A DNA stretch of 32,000 nucleotides from an uncultured Clostridia bacterium (GTDB lineage: Bacteria > Bacillota > Clostridia > TANB77 > CAG-508), in contig CANQGP010000002.1 in NCBI GenBank assembly GCA_947623285.1, positions 23,143 through 55,142 of the forward strand, in the 5' to 3' direction. The translations under genes were made by a program, and so were the position numbers. The notes beneath the pieces are model-generated. The model saw only the letters and a program-made list of their open reading frames with translations, did no database searches and was not told the DNA's origin. Of the stretch, positions 16,288 through 24,406 are shown piece by piece (positions within the stretch are counted from its first letter, which is position 1; every line of letters begins with the position of its first letter).

Positions 16288-18414
16288 TTATAACATAGTT
16301 TGTGTAAGTGGTAAAGCTTGCGTACTTTCCTCTACAGTCTGTGCATTCATTCCAAAATATTCTGCCATTATTTCTCTTACCGCTTCTGCTGTATAGTTTC
16401 CGTGCCCACCATTTTCTACCATTACCACTACTGCTATTTCTGGTTTATCAAATGGTGCAAATCCAACGAACCATGCATTTACATCATTTGTTGCTGTTTC
16501 TGCTGAACCTGTTTTTCCTCCTACAGGTATGCTAAATTCTCTAAATATATTGCTTGCTGTTCCTCCTGAATCTGATGTAACTGAACGCATTCCTTCTAAT
16601 ACTGTATTTACATATTCTGGATTTATATTTATGTCAGCAGGTGTTGTATCTTGTATATTTAATTTTTGATTTATGAATTTTTCTATTTCTTCTCTTGATA
16701 CTTCTGTTCCATTTGCATTTTGTATTGTTTTTATTATTGTTGCATCTACATGTTTTCCCCTATTTGCTAACATACTAATGTATTTAGCCATTTGTAATGG
16801 TGTAAATTCATTATATCCTTGACCTATTACTGCATTTAGTGTGTCTCCTGGATTCCATGAATATCCTATGCTATCTGTATATTCTTTGCTTGCTAATACT
16901 CCTGATTTTTCGTCTGGTAATTCTATTCCTGTTTTTCCTCCTAGTCCAAAATATCTAGCATATTTGGCTAATTCATCTATTCCCATTCTGTCTCCTGTTT
17001 CATAGAAGAAAAAGTTACATGATTTTTCAATTGCTCCCATTACATTCAAAGGACCATGTCCTACATGATAGTCTGTATAATACCAACAATTCATTTTTAT
17101 TCCATATTTACTATATACACCTGTATCATTTATTCGTGTGTTTGTATTTATTACTCCACTTTGTAATCCTGCTATTGCTGATACCATTTTGAAAGTTGAT
17201 CCTGGAGAGTATGATACTTGTGTTGCTTTACTTACTAATGGATGTAGCTGGTCATCTCTATATTTTACCCAATCTTCATTACTTATTCCATTTACAAATA
17301 ACCCTGGATCATAGTCTGGATAACTTGCCATTGCTAGTACTTCTCCTGTGTTTACATCCATTACTACACATGCTCCGCCTTTTGCATTATAAACTTTTCC
17401 AAATCCTCCTGCTCTGATTTTTTGTATGTTGTTTGCTAATGCTCTTTCAGTTATTGCTTGTAAGTTAGAATCAATTGTTAATACTATATTTGAACCTGCC
17501 ACTGCTTCTTGTGTTATATATTCTGCTGTTGCAGTTCCGTCTACTGCCATATCTATTTGCTTTGTTCCGTCTTTTCCTTTTAGATATTCTTCAAATACTG
17601 ATTCGATACCTGTTCTTCCTATTAAATCATCATTTTTATATGTATCTTTTCTGGCTTCATATTCTTCTTCATTTATTCTACCTGCATAACCAAGTATATG
17701 TGATGCTAAGTTTCCTGATGTATATGTTCGTATTGGTTTTACTACAATATTTATTCCTGGGAATTTTTCGCTACTTTCATTGAATTCTGATACTGCTTCT
17801 CTTGGTATGTTATCTGCTAATTTTATTGATTTTGTACTACTATATCCTTTTTGGTTAATTTCATATCTTATTGCCATTATCTTTCTTGCGTCATTTATGT
17901 TTTCTTGTTTTATTTCATATTTATCTTTAAATTTATAAAAGGCTTGTTCCGCTGTTGTTTCTGCTGGTAATTTATTACTTGCCAACCATTTTGAAAGCTG
18001 GTCTGCTTCTATTGTGTATTGCATAGTATTTATATCTACTGGGAATGAATCTGGATAACTTATTCCATATTTTTCTAATACTCCTATGATATTAAAGATT
18101 GTATTATTTAATGTTTCTGTATCACTTTTTGTTTTATATAATTCTAATTCAAAAATCATATTTGATGATACTAATGTATTTCCTGTTTTATCTAATATTT
18201 GTCCTCTTGCTGCTCTTAGAGTACTTTCTCTTGATAGTCTTGTGTTTGACTGTTCTCTATATTCTGCTCCATTTACAATTTGCAGGTTAAATAATTGGAC
18301 TAACAAGATTATTCCTATTATATATACTAGGATTGTTAATACATTAAATCTTAAATTTATATTATTTTGTTTTATAATTTTTCTTATTTTTCTGCTATTG
18401 AAAATTCTTGCCAT
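16288..18414 (-). CDS. mrdA: Class B penicillin-binding protein 2 (elongation transpeptidase)
   Basis: 708 aa with an N-terminal TM anchor. It carries the STFK, SCN and KTGS(A) transpeptidase motifs (GSTFKMVSAIAG, IEKSCNFFFYE, GGKTGSAET). It sits directly after mreD. SD AAGGTG lies upstream of ATG 18414. Confidence 0.9.
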   Translation of the reverse strand: MARIFNSRKIRKIIKQNNINLRFNVLTILVYIIGIILLVQLFNLQIVNGAEYREQSNTRLSRESTLRAARGQILDKTGNTLVSSNMIFELELYKTKSDTETLNNTIFNIIGVLEKYGISYPDSFPVDINTMQYTIEADQLSKWLASNKLPAETTAEQAFYKFKDKYEIKQENINDARKIMAIRYEINQKGYSSTKSIKLADNIPREAVSEFNESSEKFPGINIVVKPIRTYTSGNLASHILGYAGRINEEEYEARKDTYKNDDLIGRTGIESVFEEYLKGKDGTKQIDMAVDGTATAEYITQEAVAGSNIVLTIDSNLQAITERALANNIQKIRAGGFGKVYNAKGGACVVMDVNTGEVLAMASYPDYDPGLFVNGISNEDWVKYRDDQLHPLVSKATQVSYSPGSTFKMVSAIAGLQSGVINTNTRINDTGVYSKYGIKMNCWYYTDYHVGHGPLNVMGAIEKSCNFFFYETGDRMGIDELAKYARYFGLGGKTGIELPDEKSGVLASKEYTDSIGYSWNPGDTLNAVIGQGYNEFTPLQMAKYISMLANRGKHVDATIIKTIQNANGTEVSREEIEKFINQKLNIQDTTPADININPEYVNTVLEGMRSVTSDSGGTASNIFREFSIPVGGKTGSAETATNDVNAWFVGFAPFDKPEIAVVVMVENGGHGNYTAEAVREIMAEYFGMNAQTVEESTQALPLTQTML

Positions 18415-18438
18415 ATATTATTTTCACCTTCTTCGAAT

Positions 18439-18981
18439 TTAGAAATATCTTGTTAGAATTTTGTTTCCTTTGTATTCGTTTTCTATGTAATATCCGAATC
18501 TTTGAATTAATGGATACAATATAATAGAAAGGATTATATTGTATATTGTTTCTATCATAAGTATTTTTATAAATATTAATATATCTACATTTGTGTTTAA
18601 TATAACGAAATGTAGCAAATACATTACACTCTCTGTTGCTATTGTTGTTGCTGCTACTATAAACATTATTGTTATTCTATTGTCTTTTGAAAAATTTTTA
18701 TCGAATATTCCTGCAAGTAGTCCAACTATACCATATACTACTGCAGTTATACCTACTGTTTGATTTGTTAATAAATCCACTATTAAACCTATAGAGATTC
18801 CATATATTGCACCTAAGTTTTTATTTGTAAAAAGTCCTATGAATAAAACTAAAATGATAAATAAGTTTGGCATTACATTTGCTATTGTAAACCAATTGAA
18901 AAAGTTCAATTGAAGAAAATATACTACAAATGCTAGTATGACTAATATTATATTGATTATTACTTTTTTCAATTGGTTCAC
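18439..18981 (-). CDS. mreD: Rod shape-determining protein MreD
   Basis: 180-aa polytopic membrane protein immediately downstream of mreC. Position and hydrophobic profile are typical of MreD. Confidence 0.75.
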   Translation of the reverse strand: MNQLKKVIINIILVILAFVVYFLQLNFFNWFTIANVMPNLFIILVLFIGLFTNKNLGAIYGISIGLIVDLLTNQTVGITAVVYGIVGLLAGIFDKNFSKDNRITIMFIVAATTIATESVMYLLHFVILNTNVDILIFIKILMIETIYNIILSIILYPLIQRFGYYIENEYKGNKILTRYF

Positions 18982-19005
18982 CTCTTTTCTTTGATTGCTA
19001 ATATT

Positions 19006-19836
19006 TTAATTGTTTGTTACTACTAATACACTTGTCAATTTATCAAAATCTATTGCTGTTTCTACTATTGCATATCTATCTGTTATGTTTTGGGTTGATA
19101 CTACTTTTTTTATTGTTCCAATGTGAATTCCTTTTGGATAAACCCCTCCAATTCCAGATGTTTCAATACTATCTCCTTGTATTATATTTGCATCTGTTGG
19201 TATATACATTGCTCTTAATTCTGAATCTGATGATAAATCTCCTTTACATACTATACTATCTTTTGTTGTGCTCATTATTGCACTTACAGAACTTGATGTG
19301 TCTACTATTGTTTGAACTTTAGCTGTTGTGTCTGTTACTGATACAACATGTCCTACTAATCCCTGGTCCCCAATTACTGTCATATCTTTTGCAACTCCGT
19401 CATTGCTTCCTACATTTATTACTATTGTTCTTGAATAGTTACTTATATCTCTATTTACAACATAACCTGAGATTGTTTTATATTCTCCGTATTTTTCTGT
19501 TAAGCTTAGATATTCTTTTAATGTTTCATTTTCTGTTTTTATATTTTCCATTTCTCTTAACTCTTGTTCTAATTCACTATTCTTTTTTTGTAGTTCTTCA
19601 TTTTGGCTTTTTAAATTATTTATATCAGCAAAAAAAGTATTATTTCCGCTTACTTTATTTTTTAAATATGTTAATCCATTTTGTACAGGCACTATTACTT
19701 TGTTTGCTACATTTTCAAAAAATGATGCTTCTCCATTATCATTGTTTGAAAATATTACTATTATTATTAATACAATTATTGTTATAAATACACCTAAAAA
19801 ACCTGTTTTTCTGTTTTTATACATTGGCAACCACAT
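19006..19836 (-). CDS. mreC: Rod shape-determining protein MreC
   Basis: TM anchor, then a coiled coil (LKSQNEELQKKNSELEQELREMENIKTENETLKEYL), then beta-barrel domains (GLVGHVVSVTDTTAKVQTIVD...GIGGVYPKGIHIGTI). The start is ambiguous: ATG 19836, TTG 19830 or ATG 19824. Confidence 0.9.
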   Translation of the reverse strand: MWLPMYKNRKTGFLGVFITIIVLIIIVIFSNNDNGEASFFENVANKVIVPVQNGLTYLKNKVSGNNTFFADINNLKSQNEELQKKNSELEQELREMENIKTENETLKEYLSLTEKYGEYKTISGYVVNRDISNYSRTIVINVGSNDGVAKDMTVIGDQGLVGHVVSVTDTTAKVQTIVDTSSSVSAIMSTTKDSIVCKGDLSSDSELRAMYIPTDANIIQGDSIETSGIGGVYPKGIHIGTIKKVVSTQNITDRYAIVETAIDFDKLTSVLVVTNN

Positions 19837-19843
19837 TCCTTAT

Positions 19844-20878
19844 TTATATTTTTCTTCTTCTATTATTTATTAATCCTGTCCTTAGCTTTTCTATTTCGTC
19901 TAATGTTCGTCCTGTTCCTTTAACTACACATTCTAAAGGGTCATCTGCTACATAAACTGGCATTTGCGTTTCACTACTTAGTAATTTATCCAAATTTTTT
20001 ATTAATGCTCCGCCTCCTGCTAGTACAATTCCTTTTCCCATTATGTCAGAAAGTAGTTCAGGTGGAGTTTTTTCTAATGTTTGCTTTACACAATCTACTA
20101 TTTTTTCTATTGGTTCTCTCATTGCTTCTTCCATTTCGGTTGAAGATATTGTTACTGTTTTTGGCAATCCATCAGTTAAATCTCTTCCTCTTATTTCCAT
20201 ATATGCTTCTGTCATCAAAGGTGCTGCACATCCTATTTCCATTTTTAGTTGTTCTGCTGTTGTTTCTCCTACTGCTATGTTCTTTTCTCTTTTTAAATAA
20301 TTTACTATACTTTTATCTATTTCATTTCCTGCAACTCTAAGTGATTGACTTACTACTATTCCACCTAATGATATTACTGCTACTTCTGTAGTTCCTCCCC
20401 CTATATCTACAATTATATTACCGCTTGGCTCTCCTACATCTAACATTGCTCCAATTGCTGCTGCCATTGGTTCTTCTATTAAAAGTACTTCTCTTGCTCC
20501 TGCTTGCATTGTTGCTGCTTCTACTGCTCTTTCTTCTACTTCAGTTATTCCTGATGGTACTCCTACTATTATTCTTGGTTTTCCTATACTATATTTTTTT
20601 CTTACTTTTTGAATTATGTTTCGTAGCATTAATTGAGTTGCTGTATAATTCGCTATCACTCCATCTTTCATTGGTTTTACTGCTGTTATTTGTTCTGGTG
20701 TTCTACCTAACATTTCTTTTGCTTCTATTCCAGTTGCTACTATATTTTCACTTCTTCTATCTATTGCTACTACTGCTGGTTCTTTTAAAACTATTCCTTT
20801 TCCTTTTAATGTTACAAGAATATTTGCTGTTCCTAAGTCAATTCCTATATCCTTTGAGCCAAATGAAAATAATTTCAT
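19844..20878 (-). CDS. mreB: Actin-like rod shape-determining protein MreB
   Basis: 344 aa reading KDIGIDLGTANILV...VGVPSGITEVEERAV...DIGGGTTEVAVISLGGIV, the classic MreB/actin-fold motifs. Confidence 0.95.
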   Translation of the reverse strand: MKLFSFGSKDIGIDLGTANILVTLKGKGIVLKEPAVVAIDRRSENIVATGIEAKEMLGRTPEQITAVKPMKDGVIANYTATQLMLRNIIQKVRKKYSIGKPRIIVGVPSGITEVEERAVEAATMQAGAREVLLIEEPMAAAIGAMLDVGEPSGNIIVDIGGGTTEVAVISLGGIVVSQSLRVAGNEIDKSIVNYLKREKNIAVGETTAEQLKMEIGCAAPLMTEAYMEIRGRDLTDGLPKTVTISSTEMEEAMREPIEKIVDCVKQTLEKTPPELLSDIMGKGIVLAGGGALIKNLDKLLSSETQMPVYVADDPLECVVKGTGRTLDEIEKLRTGLINNRRRKI

Positions 20879-20912
20879 AATCCAATTTCACAACCTTTCT
20901 TGTTTTTCTTTA

Positions 20913-21609
20913 TTAATTCTGTTTTGATAATTCAGAAAATATACTTATATATTTCATATTTCCTATAACCATATGGTCTAACAATTCTATTTCAAACATT
21001 TGTGAAGCTTCATATAATTTTTCAGTAAATTTAATATCTGCATCACTTGGAGTTGGATTTCCACTTGGATGATTATGCACTAATATTATTTTTGGTGCTT
21101 GCATTTTTATTGGTTCACTTAAAATATCTTTTATACTTAAATTTACAAAGTTGCTTCCTCCGATTGCAACATCTTTCATTTTTATTATTTCGTTTCTTGA
21201 ATTTAATATAACTATTTTTGCAATTTCTCTTTTTTCATGTTGCATTTCACTTAGCAAAATTTTTGCTAAATCATATGGTTTTTTTATCTGTATTTTTCTG
21301 TAATCTGCAGGTTTTGATATTCTCACTCCGAAGTTCACATGCTGCTTTTATTTGTATTGCTTTAACTCTTCCTATTCCTTTTATTTGCTTAAGTTCTTCT
21401 ATTGTCAATTCTTTTAAGAATTCTAACCCTCGCTTTGGTTCTTCTTTGTTTATAGCCAGTATTTTTTGTGCTAATTGGACTGATGTTTCTTCTTTAGTTC
21501 CTGTTTTTATTATTATTGCTAGCAATTCTGCTTCTGAAAGTGTTTTTTCTCCATAAAGTTCTAATTTTTCATATGGTCTTTCTGCATTTGGTAATTCTTT
21601 TATTTTTAT
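20913..21609 (-). pseudogene. radC: radC (JAMM-type RadC/YsxA family), carrying a frameshift and lacking a canonical start codon
   Basis: The two track ORFs (21525-21271 and 21338-20913) are the N- and C-terminal halves of one RadC. The N half reads KELPNAERPYEKL...LLAIIIKTGTKEE...IKGIGRVKAIQIKAACEL. The C half reads GVRISKP...ILVHNHPSGNPTPSDADIKFT...LLDHMVIG. The frames join if one nt is removed in gaacttcgga (about 21330-21333). Upstream of KELP the frame is open only back to TAA, and contains ATA AAA ATA AAA GAA (ATA at 21609) where M-K-I-K-E-L-P is expected. Confidence 0.75.
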
Positions 21610-21647
21610 TTTTATTCCTTCTTTCTTTTATAAGAATTACCCTGTCA

Positions 21648-21908
21648 TTAAACAAATCTTCTATATATAATTATTGCTATTGTCATTCCTATTATACTTG
21701 CTATATTAATATTGAACATTAATCCGAATGTTATTTTTACTACACTTAGGTCTAATGTTACTGGATCTGTTAATCCAAATTGTTGACCAAATCCCATCCA
21801 GCTTAACCATTCAACATTTGCTGCAAGTTGTCCTAATAATCCTCCTACAACTAATCCTGATAGTATAAATATTATTAGTATACATATATTTTTTTCTTTT
21901 GTTGCCAT
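21648..21908 (-). CDS. Small membrane protein, DUF4321-like
   Basis: The track ORF is 21648-21932. I prefer ATG 21908 (MATKEKNICILIIFILSGLVVGGLLGQL...), preceded by GGGGG. It has two hydrophobic segments and ends IIYRRFV. Small proteins like this precede radC/mreB in Clostridia (from memory). Confidence 0.6.
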   Translation of the reverse strand: MATKEKNICILIIFILSGLVVGGLLGQLAANVEWLSWMGFGQQFGLTDPVTLDLSVVKITFGLMFNINIASIIGMTIAIIIYRRFV

Positions 21909-21965
21909 ATTTTTGCCCCCTATATATTCCATTTTTCCTTACGGAAATTTATATTTATCAATGGT

Positions 21966-21994
21966 ATTATATCTTGAATTGTTAATTTTTTCAA
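21966..21994 (-). promoter_or_regulatory. Near-consensus sigma-A promoter for the DUF4321-radC-mreBCD-mrdA(-minC) operon
   Basis: The minus strand reads TTGAAA (21994-21989), 17 nt, TATAAT (21971-21966). Confidence 0.65.
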
Positions 21995-22044
21995 GTATAT
22001 CTATTTATTTTTTATATTTATTGTGTTAAGATGTATATTAATAA

Positions 22045-22190
22045 ATTCAATATAATATAAAACAAATAAAACCGCGTAAGCGACCAAACGTAGCGATAGC
22101 GAAGTGCGACTTGGAGCAACTTACATACTAATTATTTGTATATGGAAGTTGCGACACCAAGGTTTTATTAGTTTTATGATTATATTGAAT
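22045..22190. repeat. Long palindrome E2 (146 nt): 28-bp AT stem enclosing an 87-nt G+C-rich structured core
   Basis: 22045-22073 (attcaatataatataaaacaaataaaacc) pairs with 22161-22190, with one mismatch and one bulge. The core (22074-22160) contains CGC-GTAA-GCG (a GNRA-type loop), five GCGA motifs, and a nested hairpin CTTGG-A-GCAACTT...AAGTTGC-GACA-CCAAG. Confidence 0.8.
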
Positions 22191-22332
22191 ATTAGAATAT
22201 CAAGATATTATATAATTAAACATTTTAATATTGAATAATATTATCGAGTTATTTTATTACCAAAATTTTTATATTTAAATATAATATAATTAGTAGTATA
22301 ATGAATATAAGGACTGTTCGAGGAGGATTTCT

Positions 22333-22956
22333 ATGAAAATTGAAAAATTAACTGAAAATAAGATACGAATTCTATTAAAAAATGAAGATATTAAAGATAA
22401 AAATATAGATTTACATACGATTATGACAAAGGCCATTGAATCACAGGGATTCTTTTTAGAAATGTTACATCAAGCAGAAGAACAACTAGGATTTTATACT
22501 GATGGTTGTAAGCTTTTAATTGAAGCTTATTCCTCTCCTGACAATGATTTTGTTTTTACAATTACTAAATACTTGGAGGCTGAAGACACCGTTACTTTGC
22601 CTAGAAAAAGAGTTGTTCCAAAAAGAAAAAAGGTTAATGTATCATCAAAACATTTTATTTTTTCTTTTGAAGATTTTGAAGCATTTTGCTCTTTATGTAC
22701 TTTTCTAAATCATTCTAAAATTTCTGCTAGAGGATTGGCTAATCAGATCTCTTTGCATGAATATAATAGTACATATTATTTAGTTATCAATGGACTTAAT
22801 AATAAAAACTTATGTTATAAAACATTGTTTTCTATTTTCTCAGAATTTGGAAAGTTTGTGGATACTTCTTCAAGTTTTGAAAACAAATTACTTGAACATG
22901 GTCGCATTACTATCAAACATAATGCTTTGTATACTGGAATTAAATATTTTGCATAA
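22333..22956 (+). CDS. mecA: Adaptor protein MecA (ClpC adaptor)
   Basis: AGGAGG lies 6 nt upstream of the ATG. The N-terminus is MKIEKLTENKIRILLKNEDI. The C-terminal region (FIFSFEDFEAF...YNSTYYLVING...FSEFGKFVDTSSSFENKLLEHGRITIKHNAL) is colinear with B. subtilis MecA as I recall it. Confidence 0.85.
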   Translation: MKIEKLTENKIRILLKNEDIKDKNIDLHTIMTKAIESQGFFLEMLHQAEEQLGFYTDGCKLLIEAYSSPDNDFVFTITKYLEAEDTVTLPRKRVVPKRKKVNVSSKHFIFSFEDFEAFCSLCTFLNHSKISARGLANQISLHEYNSTYYLVINGLNNKNLCYKTLFSIFSEFGKFVDTSSSFENKLLEHGRITIKHNALYTGIKYFA

Positions 22957-22980
22957 ATAAAATTATAGAAATCAAAAAGC

Positions 22981-23039
22981 GAACCCAATTGTTTAAACAT
23001 TCTTGTGCTTAGCACATTGTCTAACAATTGGGTTCTTTT
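22981..23039. terminator. Bidirectional intrinsic terminator between convergent mecA and the M23 peptidase gene
   Basis: A 13-bp stem, gaacccaattgtt (22981-22993) with aacaattgggttc (23023-23035), has an inner hairpin tgtgc/gcaca. It is flanked by aaaaa upstream and tttt downstream. Confidence 0.75.
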
Positions 23040-23088
23040 CATTGTCAAATTTTTTAATTCACTTTATCTATATTAATACTTTCTTATT

Positions 23089-24090
23089 TTAATATACATA
23101 GTTTTGTGGATTATATGGTACTCCATTTATTCTTACTTCTAAGTGTAAGTGTGGTCCTGTTGAATTTCCTGTTGAACCTACTGCTGCTATAACTTCTCCT
23201 TGCGATACTGATTGACCTACTGATGCATATAGTTTGCTACAATGACAATAATGTGTTTGTACTCCATTTCCATGGTTTATTGCAATCATATTTCCAAATG
23301 ATCCTTTATTTCCTGCAAAACTTACTGTTCCTGCTGCGGCAGCTTTTATTTGTGTTCCTGTTGGTGCTGATATATCTAATCCTGTATGGTTTGAACTTCT
23401 TATTCTACTTGATACTCCAAATCTTGATGTTATTGTTCCTGATATTGGTCGTATTAAAGTTATTCCTATATCAACTTTTCCTCCTCCTAGTTTTCCTACT
23501 GATGTATTGACTTGTCCTCCTGTTGTTATTTTGGTTGGTAGTTCTGCTTGAGTTTTAGGTGTTTCTTTATATAAACTTGCTACAGCTGTTTCTGTTTCTG
23601 CAAATTCTTTTTTATCTGTTTCATATTTTTCTACTATTGATATTTCGTTTATATTTGTACTATTTTTTTCTTTTAATTGATTTACTATTTGTTCTGCTTC
23701 TTCAAAGTTTGTAACATATGCTTTTTCTTCTCCAGCATCAGCTATTGCATAATAGCGATAATATGGTATTCCTTCTTTCTTTATAGCTTCAAAAATTTCA
23801 TCGTCGTTTGTAATTACATCTTTTTTTAATAAACATAATTTATATTCTGGTAAGCTTGGAACTTGTACAAAAGCTGTGTTGTCCTCTTCTCCTTTGTCTA
23901 CATATTGGTTTATTTTTTCTTGCAATTGACTTTTATTTGATGTGTATCCAATATGCTGTCCATTTATAGATACACTGTATGTAGGTTTATAAAAAAATGC
24001 AACTGCTCCAAATATAAGAAAAACAGATATGATTATTAATATTATTAATTTTATTGTCTTTTTTACCTGTACTGTTAGTTTCTTTAACAT
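23089..24090 (-). CDS. Membrane-anchored M23 (LytM-type) metallopeptidase
   Basis: N-terminal TM helix. The C-terminal domain has HTGLD...NHGNGVQTHYCH...GNSTGPHLHLEV (HxxxD and HxH zinc motifs). AAGGAG lies 6 nt upstream of ATG 24090. Confidence 0.9.
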   Translation of the reverse strand: MLKKLTVQVKKTIKLIILIIISVFLIFGAVAFFYKPTYSVSINGQHIGYTSNKSQLQEKINQYVDKGEEDNTAFVQVPSLPEYKLCLLKKDVITNDDEIFEAIKKEGIPYYRYYAIADAGEEKAYVTNFEEAEQIVNQLKEKNSTNINEISIVEKYETDKKEFAETETAVASLYKETPKTQAELPTKITTGGQVNTSVGKLGGGKVDIGITLIRPISGTITSRFGVSSRIRSSNHTGLDISAPTGTQIKAAAAGTVSFAGNKGSFGNMIAINHGNGVQTHYCHCSKLYASVGQSVSQGEVIAAVGSTGNSTGPHLHLEVRINGVPYNPQNYVY

Positions 24091-24192
24091 TATTTTCTCC
24101 TTTGAAATTTTTGATCTTACTTATGTTTATTGTTCTTTTGTGTTACATTTTTATATGCATTTATCTTTATATTTCTTTTTTGTTACATTGTA

Positions 24193-24221
24193 ATAATATT
24201 GTAATATTTGTTTTTTTGCAA
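24193..24221 (-). promoter_or_regulatory. Putative sigma-A promoter of the M23 peptidase gene
   Basis: The minus strand reads TTGCAA (24221-24216), 17 nt, TATTAT (24198-24193). The leader is ~95 nt and A-rich. Confidence 0.5.
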
Positions 24222-24270
24222 GACGGTTTTCAGTCGATTTCGTCCAAATTTGACTGTTTACCTGGGTATA

Positions 24271-24330
24271 TCTCTTGTTTTCTTTAAATATCTCTCGTTT
24301 TCTCCGTTTTTCTTTGTTTTTCTCTCTAAC
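24271..24330. repeat. Six tandem degenerate 10-mers (TCTYYNNTTT) with exact 10-bp phasing
   Basis: The units are tctcttgttt / tctttaaata / tctctcgttt / tctccgtttt / tctttgtttt / tctctctaac. Every unit starts with TCT. The tract lies between the pcrA stop (24407) and the M23 promoter. Confidence 0.8.
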
Positions 24331-24406
24331 GTGCTTGTTTGTTGATAATCACATACTCTCACTATTTTTAGATGTGAAAGATTTTTGTTTAACTAAATTT
24401 TTATTT

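Noticed and set aside
22815-23048. 77-aa minus-strand ORF overlapping the 3' end of mecA
   Set aside because: It overlaps mecA and the bidirectional terminator hairpin, and has no SD and no recognisable features.
24091-24330. Riboswitch (for example the c-di-AMP ydaO type often found before cell-wall hydrolase genes) upstream of the M23 peptidase
   Set aside because: The leader downstream of the predicted promoter is A-rich and unstructured. I found none of the conserved G/C-rich ydaO segments that I remember.
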